From: Somniosus microcephalus
Lineage: Eukaryota
NCBI GenBank assembly: GCA_052327205.1
Contig: CM126205.1
Location: 245,644,001 to 245,708,000 of the forward strand
Direction of reading: 5' to 3'
Length of the DNA: 64,000 nucleotides
The first letter of the stretch is position 1. Every line of letters begins with the position of its first letter. Below the pieces are notes generated by a model. The model had not been told where the DNA came from. It made no database searches and was given only the letters and a program-made list of their open reading frames with translations. Of this stretch, positions 35,607-48,844 are shown in pieces. The translations under genes and the position numbers were made by a program.

Positions 35607-36890
35607 GTAAGTGAACAATTGCACTTCAATTCAAATTGTATAATAACTAAGAGTTTTAAAGCAAACTCCAGGGGAAGGTGATTTTCAATCCAAATATCTA
35701 ACTTGTTTTGAAATGTGATTGCAGTGGTAAGGCTTTAAATGTGACAGATCTGTAGTGAATGCAAAGGAGCAGATTTTATTTATATTGGTAGATATGTACA
35801 TTGGGTACTGTCTTGCCTCATTAATATAGCCCAAAGATAGACAAAAATTGTGATTTACTTGTTTAAATATTTATGACTTCACTTTGCTATGAGAGACCTC
35901 TTCAGAATATTTCTGAGAATTCTAATTCCAGGTGTATTTGCTTTTTAAGGAAACTGAGGGTGGGTATTAAGTTTTTATGTTGAAATGCTCCATATCTTTC
36001 TGATTGACTCCAATTTGTGTGAAACTTGGGGAACGATGATGGTATGCATGGAAGTGCAGTGCTGCTTCGGGTACCAATCTTGCCACAAAAGATTGTTAAT
36101 GCATTAAATAACATTATATTATAGCTGGTAGAAATTTGAGAGTTCTGGAAAAGAAACAGATTTCACTTCCTTTTGTACTATCATTTTAATTCTAAAGTAT
36201 GGGTGGGGAAGAAAAGGTTGACTTGGGAATTCTACAAAGGTTATTGTCCTTTAAGCTCAATTCTAGACATTTTATTATTGGAACCTAATGATTCTCAAAC
36301 ACAAAAGTGGATTGAGACTGTTAAAATTACTGGCTAAAAGAAGCATATTGTTTAGTTGGGGGCATACATTTTGCTTTTGGAGGGAAGGGTTGACCTAAAT
36401 TGTAGCTTTTGAGAAAAAATGTGGAGTTAAAAGGGGCCACAGGTGTAAGGGAAAGACATTGAGGCATCCCTTCATAAAGGTGATTGCCTGAAGAAATTGA
36501 TTTTGATGTCAGAGCTATGGTAAATTCAGCAAGTTATCTGTAGTACAGATCAAAATGAAATTTGCCCTGTGGAAAGATAGCCTCTTATGTGTTACATACC
36601 AAGTAGTGTTTTATGCTTTATTTCCCCTAGTAGCAACAGCATTGATTCAGTATGACCTTGTGCTATTCTAAAAAGTAGTCTAGTTGAAGGTTAATTGCTA
36701 AAGCCTAATGATGGCTTGTTGCAGCTTGCAACCCGTCTCGGGAATTTGGAGCCTATGAGCTTATCTCTGGATATTGACATGACATATTTGACATAATTAA
36801 AATACTATGACTTTCCCAGTGCATCTAAAATATTCTTTTAGCTGTAGAAATTACAAGTTTTGAATCTGCAGATGCTGTCAGTTAATCTTT

Positions 36891-37490
36891 GAATCATAGA
36901 ATAGTACAGTATAGAAGGAGGCCATTCGGCCTGTCGAATCTGCAGCTCTTTTGAAGAGCAATCCAGTTAGTCCCATTCTCCATATCCCAGCAATTTTTTC
37001 TCCTTCAAGTATTTATCCAATTCCCTTTTGAAGGCTACTATTGAATCAGTATCCACCATCCTTATCAGGCAGTGCATTCCAAACCATGCATTGTGTAAAA
37101 ATGTTTTTCCTCATGTCACCTCTGGTTCTTTTGCCAATCACCTTAAATCTGTGCCCTCTCGTTATTGACCTTTAAGCCATTGGAAACCATTTCTCTTTAT
37201 TTACTCTTGTCTAAACCCTTCATGATTTTAAAGTCCTCTATCAAATCTCCTGTTAGCCTTCTCTGCTGTAAGGAGAACAACCCCAACTTCTTCAGTCTGT
37301 TCACATAGCTGTAATCCCTGATCCCTGGAACCAATCTAATAAATCACTTCTGTACCCTCCAAATTCTTCATGCCTTTCATAAAGTGTGGTGCCCAGAATT
37401 GGACACAATAATCCAGTTAGGGCCGAACTCCTGTGTATTATATAGGTTTAACATAACTTCCTGGCTTTTGTACTCTATGCCTCTATTTAT
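36891..37490 (-). mobile_element. CR1-type (HER1-like) LINE 3' fragment
   Basis: catagaatagtacag...gaaggaggccattcggcc tail signature followed by degenerate RT C-terminal sequence. Confidence 0.75.
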
Positions 37491-37545
37491 GTCTTCGTAT
37501 CGACAGAGGCTGGCATGATGTGTGTACCTAGCTCTTATTTTTCAA

Positions 37546-37656
37546 CTTAATAGCAAAATACTGCGGATGCTGGAAATCTGAAATAACAACAGAAAATTCT
37601 CTCTCCACGGATGCTGCCTGGCCTGCTGAGTATTTCCAGCATTTTCTGTTGTTATT
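37546..37656. mobile_element. Small fold-back element built from Penelope-like terminal sequence
   Basis: Perfect 17-bp inverted repeat (37581-37597 / 37641-37657); shares ctgctgagtatttccagcattttctgtt with the PLE end at ~46670-46695; flanked by a 13-bp duplication with 1 mismatch (37533-37545 / 37657-37669). Confidence 0.7.
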
Positions 37657-38469
37657 TCTTCTTTTTCAATTGTTTGTGTAGTTAAATTTATTTCTTGTAC
37701 ACGTTACAATTTTAGCTTTTTATGTTAAATATTTTCCTTGGATTCAGCATCACTGGCCATTCCAATATGTGGACCCCGCATGTGTTCTCCAAGAATTGAA
37801 GTGTACCTTTACCTGTGCAATATCTAGGCAAATTTAGCAAGGCACAGGAGTCAAACAGAGAGCTATTGCCAATGCATTTGTCTTATTGGACTATGACATG
37901 TACTGTGATGTGAGCTGGTCATTTTTGGTAGGCAAAAGAATATACATTCGATCAAATTGTAAACCAACAGACAAATTAATTGAACACTGAACAATTAAAT
38001 GTGCAGCAGTCAGTATAAATAATATATTTTATAATTAAAAACATTATATTCTCAATGTCAAAAGAACAGACTTCTTTATGCTACTTTCAACATAAAATTC
38101 ATTTTTGAAACTCAGTTGCTCATATGGTGAAATTTATTTCTAGCCCAGTATCTCTGCTAGCTTCAGACTGACTGATATATTAGAACAAAGGACATTAAAA
38201 AATGCTTATATAATGACAATGGATCATTAGCCATTTATTGGTTATCAATTACATAGAATGTTTGTCCACATAAATGAAGCTGTCATTTCCAGTAGAGTTC
38301 AACGACATCTCTCGGGCTGCCTGTCTATACCTGAGCAAAGTGCCAAGTTGATTGAATTGAACAAAATGTCACCTAAGTAGAAAGGTGTGAATAAGTGTTC
38401 AGGAATAATGCATCAGGTGATTCTTTTGCATCCTAGACTGTAACTTGCATTCTTGCACCTTTTTAAGAG

Positions 38470-39142
38470 GTGCTGTTGAAGACACCTTGATGAGTTGCTG
38501 CAGTGTATCTTGTAGATGTACACACTGCAGACATGGTGTGCCGGTGGTGGAAGGAATGAATGTATAAGATGGTAGATGGGGTGCCAATCAAGCAGCTGGA
38601 TGGTGTTGAGAATCTTGAATGTTGTTGGAGCTGCACTCATCCAGGCAAGTGGAGACTATTCCGTCACACTCCTGACTTGTGCCTTGTAGATGGTGGAAAG
38701 GCTTTGGGGAGTCAGGAGGTGAGTCACTCGCTGCAGAATACCCAGTCTCTGACCTGCTCTTGTAGCCACAGTATTTATGTGGCATGTCTAGTTGAGTTTC
38801 TGGTCAATGATGACCAGATGTTGATGGTGTGGGATTCGACGATGGTAATGCTATTGGTGGTTAGAACCTCTCTTTTTGGAGATGGTCATTGCCTGGCACT
38901 TGTGTAGTGCGAATGTTACTTGCCACTTATCAGCCCAAGCCTGAATGTTGTCCAGGTATTGCTGCATTTGGGCATGGACTGCTTCATTATCTGAGGAGTT
39001 GCGAATGGAACTGAAAACTGTGCAGTCATCAGCAAACACCCCTATTTCTGACCTGATGGAGGGAAGGTCATTGATGAAGCAGCTGAAGATGGTTGGGCCC
39101 AGAACACTGCCCTGAGGAACTCCTGCAGCAATGTCCTGGGGC
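38470..39142 (-). mobile_element. Non-LTR retrotransposon (CR1/L2-group) RT fragment, decayed
   Basis: ORF 38851..39144 reads GVPQGSVLGPTIFSCFINDLP...FADD; frameshifted; near-identical family to 42635-43690. Confidence 0.9.
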
Positions 39143-40904
39143 AAGTTTTGTGCTAGTCACTGAACTTTGTTATGCAAAACAGCTTGGAATTCTGTATTCA
39201 GAAGAGTAAGGTTAAAGGGTGCTGTTATACTGCCGCATTTTTCTCTCAATGATCTGAGATGGTTAGCTTTGTTGTAATTGCACCCTAAAATATTTGTTTT
39301 TTCTGCTTCCATGGCAATTTATTCCCATTCCCCCTTCTCTAAAAGCATGGATTTGTTGCTGGGGTGCAGTTCCACAGGCACTGGTTGCCATCCAGTACTT
39401 GCCCAAATAGTTGTTATTTATATTTGAGCCTTGATGTTTGGTTTTAGCAGGCAGCTTGCTTGCTGAACCTGACCTCATCTTTTCCTGATGTTTGCCTGTA
39501 TGTACTTCCTGTATGAGTTGCTAGATACTTTTTTTTCTCTCCTCCAACGTCACCCTTGCTGACATTGGTTAACATAGAAATCAAATTGACACTTCCTGAT
39601 CTATCTGGCTTAGCTCTTTACTGATCAACTTGGTGAGCTTTTCGGGTGCCCTGTACGCATACGCAGTGCTCTGTACTTGCATGGAAATTAGGATATTTTG
39701 CCTCATGACTTGGTGACATTTTATTTAAATTGGTTGTTTCTCTATAAACTTATTCCCAATGTACTTGTTCCCAATGTACATTAATGTCCTACCAGCAAAC
39801 TTAATGTCATGTTGTTGCATTATTATCTAAATATATTTAAATTTGGTTTGCATTCATTTATGAAGCAAACAAGGCCCCAGTTTTGTTCACATTGCAATGG
39901 GAGCCCACCAAGTCATTTATTTGATGCACATAATCTCTTGCACAGTAGTCAAAAAAAGTCGAGCGGGGTTTTGATGGATGCATATAAGTAAGTGGTACTC
40001 AACATAAATTAGACGTTCCTTAAATGACCAGGGAAGCACTTATGGATTCTGCAATTGAATTACATTCTGCAGTAAGGAAAGATATAGTAACATTTTTTAA
40101 TGTATTGAATAAAGAATCTGTAAATGAGCACACACTATCCTCTTGAAAAGCAGTACAATACATCTTCAGACTGTTAAACCCAACTAATCTCTTCTTACTG
40201 AATTACCTAGTTTTCTCTCTCACTCTTTTTAAACCGTGAACATATCCTACATTATGCTGTGGCTCTTCAACTTGGTTTCTCAGTTTTTTTATTAAAACTG
40301 TTTAAAAAGGAGCTCATTACAGGCGATGTTCTCTACAAGTCGCTATTTTTTACAATAGGTTGCATTCCGAGGTAGTGTTGCTCCTTATTTTGTAAATTAT
40401 AGCTGCTTCATGGTTTCTTTTCAGTTCACTACCTGCAATTCCTGCAAAGCCATTGTTAGCTGAATCCCATGGTGTCTGCAGTTTCTGCTACTCTAGATAT
40501 CTACTGTTTCTGCATGGCTTTCCTCTCCTGGTTCCTCTAATATTTGCTGCGGGCTCTGACTAACTGTATTTCTATAACCTATAATTTGCTTGGTGGAGTA
40601 CCATTTGACGGGTTCGATATTCTATTCTGAAATCGGTCTTCACTCGTGACTAAATCATCAAGAAGTCTTCGTCTAAGTTTAGTGGACTGGTGCAATTTTT
40701 TTTTTACTGAGAACTGAAAGTGAAGGACCAAAGCACACAGTGCAGGAGACCAACAGAGTTCAATAATTAAAAAGAGGAGTTAAATCAGGAAGTGGATATT
40801 TTTGTTAATTTATACTAGAGTTGTAGAATCAGCAATTGTGCAGAGCCTTGAATTCAATACGGTGAAGATTTAGAGAGGAGGAAGAGGCTGTCTGATGCTT
40901 ATTT

Positions 40905-41145
40905 CAACTGTGGTAAACCCTATTGGGCTGCGTGCTTAGACTTCCAAAGGACATATGAAGATAATTATCTCAAAAGTTGTGATGTTGCAGAGAAAAAGTT
41001 GGATATGGATAAGAAATTGTCTGAACATAGAAGACAATGGGTACTGGGCAATGTCACAGTTGGAAGGGGTACCAATGAATGGGGTGTACCAGGGTTCAGT
41101 GTTGGGGCCACTACTGTTTCTAATTTACATCAATGATTTTGATTC
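40905..41145 (+). mobile_element. CR1-type LINE RT fragment
   Basis: GVYQGSVLGPLLFLIYINDFD in ORF 40955..41305. Confidence 0.75.
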
Positions 41146-41522
41146 AACAACAATAATTTACATTTATATAGTGCTTTTAACACAGAAAAAGTCCCAAGGC
41201 ATTTCACAGAAGCGTAATCAGACAAAGAATGACACTGAATCAGAGGCGATATGTGGAAGGGTGACTAAAAGCTTGGTGGGGTTTCAAAGGATGAGAGGGA
41301 GGTAGAGAGGTTTAGGGAGGGAATTTCAGAGCTTGGAGCCTAGACAGCTAAAAGCATAGCTGCCAGTGGTGTAGTGAAGGGTTTTCATGATGCACAAGAG
41401 ACCATAGTCAGAGCAACGCAGAGTTCTCAGTATTATAGGGCTGGAGAAGATGACCGAGATAGGGAGGTGCTAGGCCATGAAGGGATTTAAACACTGGGAT
41501 GAGAATTTTAAATTTGAGGTGA
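41146..41522 (-). mobile_element. L2-type LINE 3' fragment
   Basis: Minus-strand FKILIPVFKSLHGLAPPYL (L2 C-terminal motif) and L2-type tail. Confidence 0.8.
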
Positions 41523-41599
41523 GTAGACCAAAGTCTATTAGCAATAGATTTGATGTTGTCGTCATCGGACCTGATCTGCGTATTTCTTCGACAACACCT

Positions 41600-41905
41600 C
41601 CCAAACCCGCGACCTCTACCACCTAGAAGAACAAGGGTAGCAGGCATATGAGAACACCACCACCTGCAAGTTTCCCTCCAAGTCACACACCATCCTACTT
41701 GGAAATATATTGCCGTTTCTTCATCGTCACTGGGTCAAAATCCTGGAATTCCCTCTCTAACAGCACTGTGGGAGCACCTTCACCTCACGGACTGCAGTGG
41801 TTCAAGAAGGCGGCTCACCACCACCTTCTCGAGAGCAGTTTGGGATGGGCAATAAATGCTGGCCTTGCCAGCGATGCCCACATTCCATGAATCAATAAAA
41901 AAAAA
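41600..41905 (+). mobile_element. LINE 3' end with poly(A), same family as 42635-43690
   Basis: Matches the reverse complement of ~42635-42950; ends gccagcgatgcccacattccatgaatcaataaaaaaaa. Confidence 0.85.
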
Positions 41906-42631
41906 TGACCACAGTTCCTTCCTGTGGGAGTCCTGCTCAAAAGAGTAGGTTAATATGGAGACATGGCAGGAAAGAAGTGGGATCGCTGGGGTTAAGTGAC
42001 TCCCATTATTTTAGCTTCCCCCTACACTTGGTTTTGGCCAGGTGGGGACAGTTAAAATCGGGGTCATAATTTCTAGGGCCTTCTCTCTTTCTTCCCCCAT
42101 TTCCTTCAGAATCGTTGGAGTATACCGTCAGGTCCCAGCACTTTGTCCTTTAACTTAACTAATTTGTCATAATATTTCTCATCTTGCTTTTAGCCAATTC
42201 AGGATTTATCTGCTCCCACTATCCTTCTCTTTTGTAAACACTGATGCAAAGTACCAGTTAAATATCGCTGCCAATTTCCGTTCATCCTCCAGTAACTCAC
42301 TAAAATCTCTAAGGTCCCATCTCACGTCTGACAGTTCTCTTTTTTTCCTGATATATTCCTAGAATACTTTACTGTTAATATTTTTTGAGGTTGTCTCCTC
42401 ATGCTCCCTCCTTGCTTTCCTTGTCCTACTCTTAACCTCTTTCCTTATTTTATTGTATTCTTTCATTTTTATCATGCCTATAGGCACCATATGCCCTCTT
42501 CAATTTTAGTTTGTTTCTGAACTCTCTCTTTTTCTACCATGGCATCCTGAAACTGGAAGCAGTCTCTATTTTTAATCATATATATTTATTCTGCACCTTT
42601 GCAATCTCTTTCAAAAATTTCCTATTGTTGA

Positions 42632-43690
42632 TTTTTTAAAAATTTGTTCCTGGGATGTGGGCATCGCTGGCAAGGCCAGCATTTATTACCCTGTAATTGC
42701 CCTTGAGAAGGTGGTGGTGAGCCGCTGCCTTAAACCGCTGCAGTCCTTGTAGTGAAGGTACTCCCACAGTGCTGTTCGGGAGGGAGTGCCAGGATTTTGA
42801 CCCAACGACGATGAAGGAACAACGATATATTTCCAAGTCAGGATGGTGTGTATATTGGAGGGGAACTTGTAGGAGGTGATGTTCCCATGCGCCTGCTGCC
42901 CTTGTCCTTCTAGGTGGTTGAGGTCGCGGGTTTGGGTGGTGCTGCCGAAGAAGCCTTGGCGAGTTGCTGCAGTACACACTGCAACCACGGTGCGCCGGTG
43001 GTGCAGGGAGTGAATGCTTAAGTTGGTGGATGGGGTGCCAATCAAGCGGGCTGCTTTGTCCTAGATGGTGTTGAGCTTCTTGAGTGTTGTTGGAGCTGCA
43101 CTCATCCAGGCAAGTGAAGAGTATTCCATCACACTCTCTTGACTTGTGCCTTGTAGATGGTGGAAAGGCTTTGGGGAGTCAGGAGATGAGACACTCGCTG
43201 CAGGATACCCAGCCACTGACCTGCTCTTATAGCCACAGTATTTGTGGCTGGTCCAGTTAAGTTTCTGGTCAATGGTGACCTCCAGGATGTTGATGGTGGG
43301 GGATTTGGTGATGGTAATGCCGTTGAATGTTAAGGGGTGGCGGTTAGACTCCCGCTTGTTGGAGATGGTCATTGTCTGGCACTTTTGTGGCGTGAATGTT
43401 ACTTGCCGCTTATCCGCTCAAGCCTGAATGCCATCCAGGTCTTGCTGCATGCGGGCATGGACTGCTTCATTATCTGAGGAGTTGCGAATGGAACTGAACA
43501 CTGCAATCATCAGCGAACATCCCCACTTCTGACCTTATGATGAAGGGAAGGTCATTGATGAAGCAGCTGAAGATGGTTGGGCCCAGGACACTGCCCTGAG
43601 GAACTCCTACAGTGATGTCCTGGGGCTGAGATGATTGGCCTCCAAAAACTACAACCATCTTCCTTTGTGCTAGGTATGACTCCAGCCAAT
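42632..43690 (-). mobile_element. 5'-truncated CR1/L2-group LINE (~1 kb, RT to 3' end)
   Basis: GVPQGSVLGPTIFSCFINDLP...MFADD and SLHHRRTV motifs across frameshifted ORFs; 3' tail at ~42635. Confidence 0.9.
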
Positions 43691-44366
43691 TTCTCTTTCT
43701 ACTTCACCTCAGCAGATTCCTCATCTTTCTAACATCTGCTCTATTACAATCTGGTGCCCTTGTTTTTATATTTTTTTTTATTTGGACCTTGAATCTTGCC
43801 ATATTATGGTCACTACTCCTACTCGCCCACATTTAACTCATCTACCTGATGTAGGCATCTGAGCATACTGTTTGAGGAAGGAGTCTGCACATATTTTAGG
43901 CATTGCATTCCTGTTTATTCCCTCCCTGTCCCAATCAACGAGTGGGTAATTAAAATCTTCTAAAACAATAATTTTGTTGTTCCTACTCATTTCCCTGATC
44001 TATCTAAAATTTCCTCTTCCACTTCCCTATCACAGTTATGGAGTCTGTCTTACAATGTCACTAATGTAACAATCCGTTTTTAAATCTTCGATATTGACTG
44101 TCTAAACCTCTTTCATGTATATCAGTCCTCTGTACAGCAAATGTTTCCCTCTTTCATTACTCCTTTCTTATCTATTCTATCCCTTCTAAAAAATACACTC
44201 ACATGTTTATTTTGCTGTCCTGTCCAGTTTGCAGCCTAGTTTCTGTTTGTGCTATTAAATCTATATCTTCCTATGATAGAATTGCTTCTGATTTCCCCAG
44301 TTTGTATTTAAAGCTACTCCTTTCCCTTGATTTCTATTTTTTGTCCAAACTAATTCCTTGTTCTTT

Positions 44367-44577
44367 TATAAAAACAGAAAATGCTGGGAATATTCTGTAG
44401 GTCAGGCAGCATCTGTGGAGAGAGAGAAGCAGAGTTGACTTTTCAGTTCGATGACCTTTCTGATGAAATGACCTGAAACACTAACCCTGCACAGACGCTG
44501 CCTGACCTGCTGAGTATTTTTCAGCAGTTTCTGTTTTTATTTCAGATTTCCAGCATCTGCAATGTTTTGCTTTTGTA
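44367..44577. mobile_element. Palindromic non-autonomous element from two inverted Penelope-like termini, 11-bp TSD
   Basis: Arms aaaaacagaaaatgctg...ggtcaggcagc / gctgcctgacc...cagcagtttctgttttt; TSD CCTTGTTCTTT at 44356-44366 and 44578-44588; degenerate CTGATGA..GAAA core in the centre. Confidence 0.75.
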
Positions 44578-45059
44578 CCTTGTTCTTTAATTTTTTTTCC
44601 TGCTTAGAACTAGTTGATTTAAGGTTCCTCTCCTACTTCCCTTATTCCTTCTACATTCTATCCAGTTGGGTAAATTTATTTTTATTTGTAAATTAACCTC
44701 CTCTGTTTCTGCCTTCTCTATTTGCTCTTTCTGATTTCCCTGTGGCTGCTTTTCCTAATTTTAAATGATTCTTCACTTCCCTATTTATCCGTTTTAGCAG
44801 TTTATTAGCTCTGCTCTTGTTCATATGTAGCCAGTCCATATGAAATCACACTCCACTTGCCCAAAACTGGTGCCAATGCCCCATAAAATAGAAATCCTCT
44901 TCCTAACAACACCCCTTTAGCCACCTGTTGCGTTCCCTAATCTTCCTACCGTTCCCTATTCTCACACATGGCTGAGGGTTATATGGAGAGATTATCACCC
45001 TTGAAATTGTGGGGAAGGAGCCCCATACGCATCTTTCTCACAGAAGAAGCCCCCAACTT

Positions 45060-45370
45060 TCTGTCTATCTCCTTGTGTGCTTGTCTCTTTTTCTTCCTTC
45101 ATTTCTCTCTCTCCTAGTCTCTCTTCCCCCATCTCTTTGCCTACTCTGGCTTTCTTTCTCTCTCTCTTTGACTGCTTGTCTCTTTTTCTCTTGTTTCTCA
45201 CCTCCACTCACTCTTGCATGCCCCTCTCTCTCTTGTGCCCCTCTCTTTCTTGTGCCTTTCTCTCGCTCTCATGCCTCTTTTTCTCTCCTCTCTCTCTCTC
45301 TCTCCTCCAATGTGTGTCTCCTCCCTTGTCTGGCTGCCTCTCTTTTCCCCCCCCCCCCCCCCCCCCCTTG
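45060..45370. repeat. CT-rich low-complexity tract ending in poly(C)
   Basis: Visible (CT)n-like composition and ~20-nt C run. Confidence 0.85.
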
Positions 45371-45567
45371 TTAGTGGTAAGTATACACGCCTTGCAGTCT
45401 ATTATAGATTAAAAGTAATACCTGGGTATGTGAAATGACGTAATGGAAGTAGGCATAAGATAAGAGCAGGAGTAGGCCATACGCCCTTCGAGTCTGCTCT
45501 GCCATTCAATAAGATCATAACTGATCTTCAACCTCAACTCCACTTTCCTGCCCGATCCCCATATCCA

Positions 45568-46698
45568 CTACAAGCCCACTGACTCCCACAGCTACCTGGA
45601 CTTCACTTCCTCCCACCCCGCTTCCTGTAAGGACTCTATTCCATTCTCCCAGTTTCTCTGTCTCCGCCGCGTCTGTTCTGACGATGCCACCTTCCATACC
45701 AGTGCTTCCGACATGTCTTCCTTTTTCCTCAATCGAGGATTCCCCTCTACTGTGGTTGACATGACCCTTGACCGTGTCCATTCCAGTTCCCGCACTTCTG
45801 CTCTCACCCCTTCCCCTCCCTCCCAAAACCACAATAGGGTTCCCCTTGTCCTCACCTTTCACCCCACCAGCCTCCACATTCAACGGATCATCCGCCGCCA
45901 TTTTCGCCACCTCCAACGTGATCCCACCACCAAACGCATCTTCCCCTCACCTCCCCTTTCAGCATTCCGAAGGGACCGCTCCCTCTGCGACACCCTGGTC
46001 CACTCCTCAATCACCCCTTCTCCTTCGCTTGGCACCTTCCCGTGCAAGCGCAGGAGATGCATTTACCTCCTCCCTTCCCACTGTCCAAGGCCCCAAACAC
46101 CCCTTCCAGGTGAAACAGTGATTTATTTGTTGTACTTGCAATTTAATATACTGTATTCGCTGCTCACGATGCGGTCTCCTCTACATTGGGGAGACCAAAC
46201 GCAGATTGGGCGACTGCTTTGCGGAACACTTCTGTTCAGGTGACCCTGAGCTTCCAGTCGCCTGTCACTTTTTAATTCTCCGCTTCACTCCCACTCTGAT
46301 CTCTCTGTCCTCGGCCTATTACATTGTTCCAATGAAGCTCGACGTAAGCTCGAGGAACAGCACCTCATCTTTCGATTAGGCACTTTACAGCCTTTCGGGC
46401 TCAACATCGAGTTCAACATTTTCAGACAATAACCCCTGCCCCCATTTTTCATGCTGTATTATTTTGCCATTCCCATTTGCAACATTTTATCTTTCCTGCC
46501 TCTTACATAAGCACAGTATGTTCTTTCAATTCCTTCCTCCCCCATCTAACCCCCCCCCCCCCCGCCTCTGCACTTGCTTAATATCTGTTACATCTCCAGC
46601 TTTTTCCAGTTCTGATGAAGGGTCCCAGACCTGAAACGTTAACTCTGTTTCTCTCTCCACAAATGCCTGCTGAGTATTTCCAGCATTTTCTGTTGTTG
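45568..46698 (+). mobile_element. 5'-truncated Penelope-like element (Neptune-like): RT C-terminus, Cys linker, GIY-YIG endonuclease remnant, terminal repeat
   Basis: YKPTDSHSYLDFTSSHPASCKDSIPFSQFLCLRRVCS; CKRRRC linker; IYCIRCSRCGLLYIGETKRRLGD GIY-YIG; flanked by the duplication CCCCATATCCA (45557-45567 / 46699-46709). Confidence 0.88.
46608..46644 (+). ncRNA. Minimal type I hammerhead ribozyme (Penelope-associated)
   Basis: AGTT-CTGATGA-A-GGGTC(cca)GACCT-GAAA-CGTT-AACT: catalytic core CUGAUGA/GAAA, stem II, palindromic loopless stem III (ACGT), GUU triplet and stem I AGUU/AACU. Confidence 0.7.
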
Positions 46699-48844
46699 CC
46701 CCATATCCATTGATTCCCTTAAGAGTCCAAAAATCTGTCGATCTCCGCCTTGAATATACTGAATGACTGAGCATCTGTAGCCTTCTAGGGTAGAGAATTC
46801 CAAAGATTCACAACCCTTTGAGTGAAGACATTTTTTCTCATCTCAGTCCTAAATGGCTGACCCCTTATCCTGAGACTATGCCCCCTAGTTCTAGACTCCA
46901 ACCAGGGGAAACAGCTTCTCAGCATCTACCCTGTCAAGCCTTCTCGGAATCTTTGTTTTATATGTTTCAATGACCTCACCTCTCATTCTTCTAAACTCCA
47001 GAAAGTATAGTCCCAATCTACTCAATCTCTCCTCATAGGATAACCCTCTCATCCCAGGAATCAATGATACAGGAAACAAGAGTGAAATATACAGGAAGTG
47101 TGCACTGTAAGCAAAAATTTTAATCTACTACCAGCAGATCTACCCTGGCACTGGTCATTGTGGGTTAGAGGGACTATGCAAACGATGTTCCCTTGGTGGA
47201 TTTCATTGTGCCATTATAAAATGTTGACATGCTGATTTAGGGTATGGTCATTATAGAATCTTGACATAAATAACGTAACACACAGTTTATGACACAGGAA
47301 GTAAACTTAATGTGAATAAAAATGTGTGCCATACACAAGACTTTCAATGCTTTGCTGGTCGATCTCCTATGTCATTGTACACAGGAAGTCGAGACCAAAT
47401 ATAGTATTCAAGTGAAGCAGGGTTAGAAGGCGAGGGATATTTAGACCAGGTTACACAGATATGGTTTAGTCCCCTTTTTAAAGTCATATATTTTGTCTTT
47501 ATTTTCATTGTTTGCATATATAATAGCAACAGGCTATGTAAACATGTCACACAGCTCCACTGATGGGAGGGTGTAATTGCAGCATGACAAGTTAAGTTTC
47601 CATTCTAAGTGTGGATATAGGAATTTAAAACATTGAAAAATCAATAAGAAGTGCATGTACACTAGGATTAATATATAATAGATATTTATATCTTAATATA
47701 AGAGGGACCACATGTTGAACTACCTAGTAATGCTGTTGGAAAGAAAATATACTGGTGCGGTTCCAGAAAAAGTATTTTTATGAGCTTTCTGTTCCCTGTT
47801 CCAAGTTAAAACTTGGATGCAGGCACATTAAAGTTGTAATAAGCTATAATTTGATACAGGCACCACTGTTCAGAATCTGAGCAGTCTCTTTTTTTTGTCC
47901 CATTCTCAGCAGGGTACTTGGACAAATAACAAGTGCGCAAAAGAATAAGAAATTATTTGCTTCATAATATGGCAGGTTCTTGAGGGGGAACGGCTGTGAT
48001 GAATGTGTTATAGTATCATGTTTGTTCCTGTTAGGTATTTTGTTTGTATGGCTAGTTTTGTAAACTTTAATATTTTGTGTACTAAATTTGAATGTAGTTT
48101 GATGTGTGTTTTTTAAAAAGTACATTCATATCATGTCTCAAACCTTGTAAATGAATTCTCTTGAAATAAAATGATTTCTGCAGGCATTGTTGAAAGATGT
48201 TCTGTGAGGGATCTATGTAGTTTTTTTTGAGGTGGCAGGAGTCCATGATGGATTTTATAAATCCTTTGATGAATTTGAATATTGATTTGGGACTTTTTTT
48301 GTGGAAGCATGGAGAATTTTTGAGTGCTGTACAGTTTAAAAGCTGATACCAACTGCAGTGTTTTTTCCCCTTTCTGTGCTTGTGATGAAAGTAAATCAGC
48401 AGTTTATGCAGAGTTGAATATATAGGATATAAATCATGAGTTAATGTCAATAAGCAATATTTACAATTTTTTAGGTGCATTAACATTTTGGTGTGGAGGA
48501 TACTTGTACATATGGTGAGGTCATGTGGTAATTTTTATCATTTTATAATGCAGTGTGCCATCAGGTTTGTGAAGTGATTGGTGTCGCTATTTGACCTATT
48601 TCATGTCTGCGTACACGACTGATGCTATTCCATCCCAAAAACGTTCAGATGGTTACTCATTGGCAGTCTATCTCCCCTTCAAACCTAAGCCATCTGTTGA
48701 GAGGTCACACCTATTGTATAAGGAGCTGTGAATGTTATTGATAGTAATGCACAGTACCAAAGGGTTCTTTTGGACATTTGTAATTATTTGAATATATATT
48801 TTCATTGTGTCTTTTTTAACACTTATTTTTTTCTTTTAATGCAG

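Larger units (their letters stand above)
42070..45010 (-). mobile_element. Old fragmented CR1 LINE (ORF1 esterase and ORF2 remnants), interrupted by younger inserts
   Basis: Minus-strand remnant NRWLKGCC*EEDFYFMGHWHQFW near 44860-44930 resembles the CR1 ORF1 esterase; pyrimidine-rich degenerate ORF2-like sequence on both sides of the inserts. Confidence 0.55.
45454..47065 (-). mobile_element. CR1 (HER1-like) LINE 3' fragment split by a Penelope insertion (45454-45567 and 46699-47065)
   Basis: LIPGMRGLSYEERLSRLGLYFLEFRRMRG CR1 C-terminus; gagcaggagtaggcc tail; sequence resumes across the inserted element. Confidence 0.85.

Noticed and set aside
44995-45438. Hydrophobic Leu/Ser-rich ORFs that look like membrane proteins
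   Set aside because: Translations of a CT-rich low-complexity tract.
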